Origin: Antedon mediterranea
Taxonomy: Eukaryota; Animalia; Echinodermata
Assembly: GCF_964355755.1 (NCBI RefSeq)
Contig: NC_092676.1
Coordinates: forward strand, 29,716,871 to 29,780,870
Length of the DNA stretch: 64,000 nt
Direction of reading: 5' to 3'
Positions 54,301-64,000 of the stretch are shown here, piece by piece; position 1 is the stretch's first letter, and every line of letters starts with the position of its first letter. The position numbers and the translations under genes are program-made. The notes beneath the pieces are model-generated. The model had not been told where the DNA came from. It worked only from the letters and a program-made list of their open reading frames with translations, and ran no database searches.

Positions 54301-57300
54301 AATTATTCAATTTGCTGGTTGGGTTGCATTGCTTGTCTGAAGATGGTGATTACGATAAGGATTATGATAATGATTAGAAAATGATTATGAAAATGAGTAG
54401 ACAATGATTGCGATAATGTAACGCATGGCAAGATGAAATCATTGTCAAATGCGCATAATTAAACATTTTTAAAACGTTATCATAACTTATAGAAAAATGT
54501 TAAATAATCTCAATAAACTGAACAAACCTTTAAAAATAATTCTGTGGCGCCACTTGATAATGTCCCGTACTCAATTGCCGTCTGCCTTGCAAGATCCTCT
54601 GCGTTCTGGATAGGTGACGTCATCCGGTTCACTGTCAAAAATGCCGCCAAATTCGCAGTATACGAGCATAAAAGAATTAGTGAGAAAAACCAATAGAATC
54701 CACTCAATGCCCGAGTCGAGAACGCCTTCGGTGTCAACTCAGATCCCTGTTGCATGATACCTCCAAAGGAGAACCACATGCAGTTTAGAAAGGTGAATTG
54801 ATTCTCAACAACATCGCATTCTGGGTTGCACGGGTGAGAGTTGTACCATTCGTAAGGGCTAAATCTTGCCACTAAAAACAACATGATACTGACGCTAAGA
54901 AAGGCTATAAGTATGTATAGCCAGACGTCGAATGATAGAGGGTTTAAGAAGGAGAATATTCCAGGACTCTTGGCTTCGTGGATGTTATACAGAATACTCA
55001 AACCTAGGTATTTATATGGCTTCGAGAAACCGATGACCTTCTCTCGTGCTAGGTTGATTGTCAGAGGAGCTACTGCCAAATCCGCTTTCTAAAAAAACAA
55101 CATAGTTGTAAACAAAACAAAAATTCTGTCTATCAACTTGTGTCTTAAATAATCAACACCGTACAGTTTACTCGGGAGTTTCTAGGTTTTGTATATATTG
55201 TTTTTTTAATTTATTTTTCATAATAATCTCTTTTTTTCGGCTTTTTCGAATAAAGAATAATTATAACAAAATAGTCTGTATTGTTCAACATAATTAAAAA
55301 GAAAAAAAAATGTAAAGATCATGCAACAAATGGAGCTTACTTTATCTATGAGTTCTCCAACCATTCCATTCCATTTGCCAGTTTTCGGATCCAGTATGCC
55401 ATAGTTACCATCTTCCACTAATGTCAAGTTGTACTCAAAGTCCAACATCTGAGCTAAGTAATCAAGCAGCTCAATACAATAGCCTTCATACTCCACACCT
55501 TCACTTACTGATGTATCCTTCACCATTACAAACGGTTTTGCCTAAAACCACATATACAGACAAACAATTAAAGCGGACAGTGGGTTTTGTATATAACATC
55601 AGGGAAAGAAGAGTGAAAGACTCAATATATTTTTCCATGATACTAACACATCTTGTTTACCTGATCACACAGAAAAGAGCTACCGTAACTTGACAGTTAG
55701 TAAGATGTTTACCCTACTCTGACGTAATCGTACCTTTTGCTAATTATATTAAGAATACTTCGAAAATATACGAAAGTAATTCTTGAGTGTGACTGTCGAA
55801 CTCACCCCCTCCAGATCACCTAGCCTGGCGTTCATACCTCTAAACTACCGAGCTAGCGCTAGGGTTATCGATCCCACGGAAGCAGAGAGTGCTGCCACAC
55901 TAATGATGCATGATTATTACTAATGTACCATTAGATATAATTCACAAAACTTACCAGTACCGATGTGACTCGAAGTCTTTTCTTGATAACATTGGGGTTT
56001 TGCCCTGGTTCCTCTTTTCTTTTTACCAATCCGCTAGTCGTGTTCCAAGTACCAAAGTTTATTTTAGCCTCAGGTGTATATTCATAAATATAAAAATGAA
56101 CATCTTCTCGCATTCCGTTTGAATTGAAGCTAAATGGTCCCGTTACACCATTGTATCCAGATGCTCCCTTTCCATACAAAAATAAAACATTGTTGGTTAT
56201 TTGTGAAATCATTAGAAGAACTGCGCATATTTAGGCCTGTAGGCCTGTTATAAATTGTCTTTTTGTGGTCTTGGACCCGTTTCTACAGACAATCTTTATA
56301 AAAAAGATTGTGTTTCCGCTAAAAATTGGAAAGCGTTCTTTTAAAAAGGGATTCAAACGAACAAGACCGAAATTAATTGGATATTTCATAAACCGTATTT
56401 AAAATCGGTTCTTTTTTATGTGGACCAGTTTCTTTTGTACAAGAATTACATATAGAGAAAGTACCGGTACTACTGTATTTAAATGTTATTTGTGTTATCT
56501 TGCTTAGTAGAAACGACTGTATACGAGTTCTGTAATTGTAATATTTATTACATAAGATAAGATAAGTTTGTTTTGTTTAGCTCAATCCTTCTTGTTGAAA
56601 GGTGGATTTCGGTAAAACAAACAACCGTGAGCAGATCTTGGCTCATCGTCACCTTTTGACTCTAGTCTACTTTAAAGCTCAGGTACAGGCATGAATTTTA
56701 AATATAATATTTGGTTAATTGTACATAAATCAAATATTTGTAACAGAAATCAAGACGAAAAAATATCAATTTCCCGTAATATGGTCAAATACAAAATTTG
56801 GCAAAATTCTTCCATAAAAACCAGGATAATTTTGTTTCAGTAGTTTAGGTAGTTAACCTAATGTAATAACATGTCTGGTGACTCCCTAGACGGTGAAAAA
56901 AGATGGTGGATATACAGTGGATAATTTTTGCTATAGCATGAAAATAAAAATCTGAAGTTGAATAAAAATATCAGAAATGTAATATTTAAGTTATATTACC
57001 TATATTTAGTCATCTGATAACATTTTTTACCACACCGTTTATTTTTCATAGCTTTTTAAAACGCCTCTCTATTTACAAAATTTGTGTACAAAAGAATAGA
57101 GATTTTACTGTGTAATTTGAACTATCCCCCCACTGATTAGAAAGTGCTTATTTTCAACAAGCTCGTGTAACACAAATAAAATCCCAAAAATTATGAAACA
57201 TAGGGTTAACTATAGATCGATAATTATTGGAATGTATGATCAATAGACATTTTTTGCCCGCACTTGGCCTTTAAGCAACATCAATTAGCACTTTAAAGTC

Positions 57301-60300
57301 GTATATTAGCAATGATAATATACAGACGATGATGTGATACGGTTATTTACCTTACGTAACGCGTTGAACATCTTAGTGCTGTGTCGCCACGTTTCATTTG
57401 TGATTATTGAATCACAATCTACGTCTCTAGGTTTCTTGATCTCTTTACCTTGTTGCTTGCTTATATCTAAAGCACGATCAACTAATTTCACCGCATCGTA
57501 CATCAGAGCTGACTGAATCTAAATTGAAAACGAATATTATTCAGGTCACTTAGTTCAACCATTTCTTCCTAATGTTTTTGAATTTCAGTAATTACATTGA
57601 ACTCATTAAGAATTAATTTTCTCATTCAACTTTGCAATCTGATTATTTACAAAGTATACATTTCAGTATTTGAAGTAGATAGTTGTTACATAATCAAAAC
57701 TATATGGTTTGAAGCTGTTAACAATGGCGAACGAACCGGGTAATGTAGTTCTTGCTCATGGCGCTGTGGACTCAATTCAGATGTTAAACTTTTCAACTAC
57801 ACGCTTCTCCCCTAAAGGGTCATGTCATTGTAGCCAATTAAGGCGCTTTGCCATGGTCCACGACCGTGACGGTGCACTGTGAACTAGTACACCGGGGTAA
57901 CCTAAATGATCAAAAAGCGACCAAAAAATAGGATTCTGATTTTAAAAAAAAAGTGTTCCTTAAGCTCTGTCTACACTATCAAACCTTATGTGACAAAAAA
58001 TGTGATGTGCTCATAAATGGACATTTTTGTTGTCAAACTAGTTTGATAGTGCAGACAGAGCTTTACTTGGTCGGTCGGGTATTTGTAGTAAGTAGTATTT
58101 CTACTTAAAAAAAAAATATATTGATGCCAGTAAAGTATATAATCACAATGTTGTAAATGAAAAATTGAGTATACCGTCAACCTAGATATGCCATTATTCA
58201 TTTCAACTACATCACTGAGCATGCGTATTGACTCCTCTTCCGTGTCAAATAACTGTAATGACGTCACTCTTAATCCTATTCCCATATAATCGTCAAATAT
58301 TCTTGAATACAGATGAAAATCCTAGCAAAATTGATACAGAAATAATTATTTGAAATAAATAATTACACCTTTGACCTATGTTTATGTGCGTCACAGGATG
58401 ACATTTCGACTCGACGGCAGTGTAGACGCAAGGCGCATCGTACAAAATGAAAGGTCGATGTTAGTAAAACAAAATGTCGTGAGTGACTATGAATAGGCGG
58501 ATTTACTTAATATCTCAGAGACAGAAAGACTATCGACGGATAGTGGACTATTAAAAGTAGGTCAAAACATACGGGGCGCCGTTCGGGACATTACTCATGT
58601 CCCGAACGGCGCGCCGTCAAAATGGATACTTACAAACGATGTAAATATCAGGTGATAATATTCAAACATAAGATTTTCACTCATCTGTTGGGAGAAAATA
58701 AAATTATATGAAATAGTAATACAGAAATAAGTTGCACGTTGAGTGTGTTATGCCGAATGTTGCACTGTGCAAGAAGGTTATAACGACGTTAGAGAAAAGC
58801 TATTATTTCGCCTTTAACCGTCTTGGGTGAGATTATGTGCAGTTAGGCCTACTACATTTATTAAAACCATCAACAAAAACCTTATTAATCCTAAAGAATC
58901 ATCGTAAAATCATAATAATCATTGTTATCATTATTTCCTTTGTGTTATATAATTATATGTTAAAGCTCAGGTACAGGCATGAATTTTAAATATAATATTT
59001 GGTTAATTGTACATAAATCAAATATTTGTAACAGAAATCGAGACGAAAAAACATGAATTTCCCTTAATATGGTCAAATACAAAATTTGGCAAAATTCTTC
59101 CATAAAAACCAGGAAGACTTTTTTTCAGTAGTTAGGTAGTTAACCTAATGTAATAACATGTCGGGTGACTCCCTAGACGGTGAAAAAAGATGTTGGATAT
59201 ACGGTGGATAATTTTTGCTATAGCATGAAAATAAAAATCTGAAGTTGAATAAAAATATCAGAAATGTAATATTCAAGTTATATTACCTATATTTAGTCAT
59301 CTGATAACATTTTTTACCACACCGTTTATTTTTCATAGCTTTTTAAAATGCCTTTCTATTTAAAAAATTTGTGTACAAAAGAATAGAGATTTTACTGTGT
59401 AATTTGAACTATCCCCCCACTGATAAGAAAGTGCTTATTTTCAACAAGCTCGTGTAACACAAATAAAATCCCAAAAATTATGAAACATAGGGGAAACTAT
59501 AGATCGATAATTATTTGAATGTATGATCAATAGAAATTTTTTGCCCGTACCTGGCCTTTCTTAAGGTCGAATTATAACAGAGACTAAATTTAAAGATTGA
59601 TTTCCACATTAGGACGCAACGAAGTGACGGATTAATCGATCTGACGCTTGTCATTGGTCAAAGGTATTGCGTTGCCCGTACACCCTTAGCAACCAAACTT
59701 ATAGCATTCATTACCTTTGCTAAGATATGCGCCAATGAATCTTGACTACAGTCTATGATGACATTGGAGATTGTTGATGTTTTCACGTTCTTTAGTACAC
59801 TTTCATATTCGTCAACTAACCGACTTATCATTATGTTAATTCCTAAATCAGACGCCTTTTCAAAAAGTCCTTTAAATTTCAAAAGACCTGAAAGAAATAC
59901 ATTATTACAATTAAACAATATAGTTTATGAATATTTAATTATGTAAAACGCGTCATCAACCTAATTTGCATAATTGTACATAGTGTAGAGGGGGTGCTTT
60001 TGAATATTTCAATGGCGGCCACCAGCTGCGTACAGTTCACAGTTAACGAGACCAGAATTTTTGTTGCTTGAACGACGTGACTAATGCATAGTTTAAATTT
60101 ACATGAAGTAGGCCTACTATATTATTATTGCCAATAACTCACGCACTATTATCAGTCACATTATCTCAATATAATCCGTAATATATGAAGCTTAAATTTC
60201 CTAATAATTGAATAAATGCAATACAACACACGCCACAGTAAATAATAGTTCGACTAATAAGTGTAATCCACGAGGGTATAAACAGAGATACAACCATGTG

Positions 60301-62741
60301 TAATAAATAGTATAAAATAATAGTATTTAAAAGATAAAATCATAATTCAAACCTAAGTAGAATTTGTAAACGTATTATTATATAAAGGCCTACACCAATA
60401 ACAAGTAGTATCAAATAAAATAAAGCCGTGTCTATACAACAAAAATGTGATATATGGATGATGTCATATCACTACCATATTTGGGCATACCACTATCATA
60501 TTTGGGCATAGCAATTGTCTCACCTTTATCGTCTTCGTATAATAAGGTCAACGTTTTCCATTTATAAAACTTAATCAGATCCAAGATGGCGTCCAGGAAT
60601 ATATTATTATCAGGCATCATATTCAATACGAGTTGCTTGTCTGATCGATATGGCGTCCATTGTGTATCAATATATGGGATACTTAACGAATTGCTGACTG
60701 TTTTAACATTAAAAGTATCATACATCGTGGACGGCCCGACCACTGAAATCATACCATTCTTGTGCGCTAAGCACACTGAAAAAAAATAAAATTTCAGTTT
60801 AGAATCTTTTTCTGTTTGGCCAAAAGAAAGTGAAGAGAGAAATTACAATGGTTATCACTTTTCCATGATTGGATGGGGATTTTGTTTTTTTTTTTTCAAT
60901 ATTTCAGCATCCAGAGGCTCCTCACATCCTTAGTCTCGAGGAGGCTCCTCACATCCTTAGTCTCGAGGAGGCTCCTCACATCCTTAGTCTCGAGGAGCCT
61001 CTGCAACAAACATGAGGTTAGCAACAGAAGGTGGAAATATATATCAACAACAATTTAAATAGCAAATCTTTTGGAATCAACTATATATTTCTGAACACAG
61101 TTAAATAAAATTATACTTTGCTTATTTGAAAGAGTAATTGATCCAAAAATAAATGTTTTTTTAGCCCATCTGATAGCTTCTTTCACATCGCCTACAAAAA
61201 CTCCGGAGTTACATACACCAACGTTTTGTGGAGTTTTTCTAGTCGATATGAAATGACAATTTAACGACAATATTTTTGGTGTCGAAAAAAATGATATGCT
61301 GTCGTGTCAAATTATTGTGACGCATGCGCACTGTTGTAACAAAAACTGAATAATGTATCATACAAACTATGAACTAGTTTGGTTCAAGATCTGATCAAGA
61401 TCAAGATCAAGATCAAGATCAAGATCAAGATCTGTCTAATTCTTGTAATCGCCTGCTGCCATTCATAAGCAGGCCATCGATCAAATCACATGAACAACTT
61501 GTTTAATATTTTCCAGAACGCAAAAGTTATAATGTATAAACGAACAAAGCTCTAATCTCATCCAAAGTTTAATTTACATTATTATTGCTATTAGCCTATA
61601 GATCGTTAACGTGTCTTTACCATTTACACATTGTAATATCTAAACGCTTTAAAGAAAGTATCCTCAACCGAAATATGAATTCGCAACTCCTCTGCTTTTC
61701 ATTACATTCAAATAATAATTTTTGTCTCTCAAAATGGAAACTTTTATTATAAACAATTTATTACTGCATAACATATTCATCAAGGGCAGCAAATAATACG
61801 TTACAGATGCTAATTAATTGTATATAATATAAATAACAATTACTGAATTTAATAATGCAGGTATGATAGCAATTTTCTTTACAATTATTTAGTATTAATC
61901 ATATTCCCTATATCACCACCAACAACTTAGAGGGTCCCTTAGCAGTACTGATTATTAAAACAACGTAACTCCAACGCTTATCTTCGTTACTGAGGAGCTA
62001 GACTACCGGTATATCTTGGCGAGAGACAGTGTACATAGATCATAAGCCCTCATAGTCCGTTTGAAATTTAAACAAAACAATGAAAAATTACTATAAATAA
62101 TTCCTGGATGACATATAAATATTTAAATGAATGAATGATGTATAGAGTAGACTTATTGAAAGCAACCGATTTATTCATTTATTTAAATAAATTCAGCGGT
62201 TTCATCTCTGTTGAATTGTTGATGGCAACATGGAATGATTGGCGGACACAGGTGTAGGTTAAATGAGTTAAGCGAACATGTAACCCTTTAAACCGAACAC
62301 AGTAAGCGCAGAAGAACGATTATTGTAAAAAAAGGCTGTGGGCAAATTATTCGTAATATATTGATACAAACAATCAGTTCTCTCCAATGAGAGATTTTAT
62401 TCAGTATACGGGCCACCACGTCCTTATGTATATTGTCGTCAAATTGGTGGTTATACCGATCAACCTGCTCTATGTAAAAAAGGTATCCTCAGTATCAACA
62501 AGATACATAAGTTGATACACGCGCGCGCGTACGTACACAGTATGTAACCATTCAAAACAGTAGTTTGAAGACACGTGATACGTAGTGACGTACGTCTTAC
62601 CTTTTTGTTTGACATCTAAAATGTTTTCATCTGGTTGGAGGTAAATGGATTCTGGTTCAATATCTGTTTGATTAATTGCATAACGGAAGATGAATTCCTC
62701 GTCTGTAACGCTATCATTACCTCTCTCCTTAAAAACAGCGC
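51180..62741 (-). CDS. GRIK: Gene B: divergent kainate-type ionotropic glutamate receptor subunit, 12 coding exons, signal-peptide exon not located
   Basis: Exons in transcript order: 62741-62601, 60775-60524, 59887-59715, 58684-58634, 58321-58175, 57518-57351, 56167-55955, 55541-55341, 55088-54528, 53295-53064, 52440-52172, 51317-51180. All introns are GT-AG, phases match gene A and the frame is open to TGA. The 252-, 561- and 232-nt exons are identical in length to those of gene A. Confidence 0.95.
51862..52149. mobile_element. MITE family B, nested or compound copies
   Basis: gcttggttccaact, cttgttcccactagagac and gtccttgcgctgcgtccaagtggaaaccaagct. Confidence 0.7.
52172..52440 (-). CDS. 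Gene B exon (end of S2, M4)
   Basis: ttaag|GA TCA ([46 protein letters not shown])|gtaagg. Confidence 0.94.
52467..52627. repeat. 50-bp tandem repeat, about 3 copies
   Basis: Unit ACCGGAATAATATATAAACAAAACATAGATTAGCCTGTTTATTACCTCTA. Confidence 0.92.
52676..52992 (-). mobile_element. tRNA-derived SINE
   Basis: On the minus strand: A-box-like AGCTTGGTGGTTA, B-box GGTTCAAGTCC, a non-tRNA body of about 240 bp and a (CAAA)n tail. Confidence 0.7.
53064..53295 (-). CDS. Gene B exon (S2)
   Basis: tttag|[30 protein letters not shown]|gtaagt, 232 nt. Confidence 0.96.
53404..53838. mobile_element. MITE family A, two copies (53404-53568 and 53712-53838)
   Basis: Family TIRs and core are present in both. 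Confidence 0.85.
54528..55088 (-). CDS. Gene B exon (end of S1, M1-M2-M3, start of S2), 561 nt
   Basis: tttag|[47 protein letters not shown]|gtttgt. Confidence 0.96.
55341..55541 (-). CDS. Gene B exon (S1)
   Basis: tttag|[31 protein letters not shown]|gtaagc. Confidence 0.95.
55955..56167 (-). CDS. Gene B fused exon (equivalent to two gene A exons)
   Basis: gaaag|[39 protein letters not shown]|gtaagt. The acceptor is weak (AAG). Confidence 0.88.
56676..57270. mobile_element. TTAA-flanked non-autonomous DNA transposon (Kolobok-like), copy 1
   Basis: ttaa|agctcaggtacaggca..tgcccgcacttggcct|ttaa with imperfect TIRs. Near-identical to 58964-59557. Confidence 0.8.
57351..57518 (-). CDS. Gene B exon (ATD)
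   Basis: tttag|[23 protein letters not shown]|gtaaat. Confidence 0.92.
57963..58062. mobile_element. MITE family A, internally deleted, TSD TTA
   Basis: tta|agctctgtctacactatcaaac..gtttgatagtgcagacagagct|tta. Confidence 0.88.
58175..58321 (-). CDS. Gene B exon (ATD)
   Basis: gctag|[30 protein letters not shown]|gtatac. Confidence 0.85.
58634..58684 (-). CDS. Gene B micro-exon (ATD)
   Basis: aacag|[17 protein letters not shown]|gtaagt. Confidence 0.9.
58964..59557. mobile_element. TTAA-flanked non-autonomous DNA transposon (Kolobok-like), copy 2
   Basis: Same orientation as copy 1 and differs only by scattered substitutions over about 595 bp. Confidence 0.8.
59715..59887 (-). CDS. Gene B exon (ATD)
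   Basis: ttcag|GT CTT ([20 protein letters not shown])|gtaatg. Confidence 0.92.
60524..60775 (-). CDS. Gene B exon (ATD)
   Basis: ttcag|TG TGC ([36 protein letters not shown]) G|gtgaga, 252 nt. Confidence 0.93.
60914..61002. repeat. 27-bp tandem repeat x3 with inverted ends
   Basis: Unit GAGGCTCCTCACATCCTTAGTCTCGAG, bounded by AGAGGCTCCTC / GAGGAGCCTCT. Confidence 0.9.
61384..61432. repeat. (TCAAGA)n microsatellite
   Basis: About 7 copies of the hexamer. Confidence 0.9.
62601..62741 (-). CDS. Gene B exon, ATD start (not in the ORF track)
   Basis: cccag|GC GCT GTT TTT ([30 protein letters not shown]) G|gtaaga. Same phases and homologous content as gene A exon 26950-27108. Confidence 0.88.
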
Positions 62742-63752
62742 CTGGGGAAGAAAAATAAAATGTTGACTCAAACTTTGACTCAAAGTGAATCTAGGTCTTC
62801 GTATTCGATATGTTTGTCAGCTTTATAAATTATTCACAAATTGAAACCATCTGAAACAATAATGTTTTTCAGGTGAACATTCACAGATATTGATATTCAT
62901 TACATTATGTGAACATTTTAAACTAGTGTTGACGCATTTTCAGTATTAGTAACGCACTTATTGTCAGTATGAGGCCAGACCCAGATACCAATTCCGTGGG
63001 GTGGATTGGAGGGAGGAGTAAAGAAGACGTTTCTGGATAGTCATCACATGGCGCGCGTGTACAAAAGCGCCGATATTGTGCGCGCATAAGTGACGGTGAG
63101 CATATAATATGGATTGGTTTATATAAAAAAGTTGACGCCAAGTGGTTGACGGTATTTCGTTTTGCATAGAACGCATCTTTCACTCTTTCTATAATACTGA
63201 CGATATGAGTGCGTATCACCTGGCAACTAATAGACACAGTCCATCATCATACGCACTTGTACATTCACATTTCATATAGTTTGTTATTTCAATGGCAGAC
63301 GACCGTTGAGATAACATACAATCAATGGCAGCTGTGACAGAATTAGGCTCATTTAGGCGCAACCCCATGTCTATTTCATGTCTACTATAACATGATCCCA
63401 TAATCAGTTGCTGGATTACACAAATGACAGATATAGAATATCTTATTTAGAAATCAAATGGTTGTAGAAATGTTTTGAATGTGGTATAGCGTATGTGCGC
63501 GCGCGCGACCGATCTTCTGTTTTAAAAACCTAAAGTGAAACTACTTTCTAAATACAGTGTAACTTCGTATTCAATAATAACGAGTGATTTGTAAGTGGAA
63601 GTTTCGGGGAAAGGAGGAGAGATCTTTGTTACCAAACTACAATAATGTACAACTTAGTACAGAAACAAAATACTCACTAGAAATAGTAAATGTATTTTGG
63701 TTTTGAAACCCGAAAGTTGATTGCCATTTTTTAATTGTTAATTAGTTATCTT

Positions 63753-63863
63753 CCGACTACCCTCGAAGAACACAGCACTATGTGTATCCATTGACCAATG
63801 CCTCTCTACCGACTACCCTCGAAGAACACAGCAATATGTATATCCATTGACCAATGCCTCTCC
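63753..63863. repeat. About 56-bp tandem duplication
   Basis: CCGACTACCCTCGAAGAACACAGCA..TATCCATTGACCAATGCCTCTC occurs twice. Confidence 0.9.
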
Positions 63864-64000
63864 CGTGAATAGGTTCAACAGACGCTCGCAATGTGGTAGG
63901 TTAACTTTAGAATCGATTATCGTGAGTCCTCTAACTATACTTATCAAAACATTCAGGCATTGTATCCGTCCAAAGACTGTCTTAAGTTTTCTTTATAACT

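Noticed and set aside
55785-55860. Second tRNA-like head on the minus strand
   Set aside because: Only degenerate A/B boxes. Probably a decayed SINE, too weak to call.
43500-60789. Antisense ORFs overlapping the receptor exons (e.g. 43500-43757, 46074-46376, 57334-57516, 60586-60789)
   Set aside because: Shadow frames of real coding exons.
61055-61270. 71-aa minus-strand ORF in an intron of gene B as an extra exon
   Set aside because: Flanking exons already join in phase with the same structure as gene A, and the ORF has no iGluR similarity.
62923-63726. ORFs 62923-63237 and 63216-63401 and the ATG at 63726 as first exon of gene B
   Set aside because: No signal-peptide character and no donor in the phase needed to join exon 62741.

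Overview
AT-rich, intron-containing animal genomic DNA. The repeat content and frequent TAGGCCTA motif suggest a marine invertebrate, possibly an echinoderm (inference). The window holds two convergent (tail-to-tail) kainate-type ionotropic glutamate receptor genes. Gene A is on the + strand with 13 coding exons found (26950-46732, about 857 codons). Gene B is on the - strand with 12 coding exons found (62741-51180, about 848 codons). Both splice into uninterrupted frames, but neither signal-peptide exon could be located. The paralogs differ at ligand-pocket, ion-site and trafficking positions, and B lacks one intron present in A. The rest is transposon debris and repeats: RTE and L2/CR1 LINE fragments, a tRNA-derived SINE, three Harbinger-type MITE families, TTAA-TSD Kolobok-like elements (one with a nested 9-bp-TSD MULE-like insert), a hairpin element with tandem GA mismatches, and minisatellites of 16, 21, 25, 27, 40, 50 and 64 bp. 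All alignments were done by eye; no searches were run.
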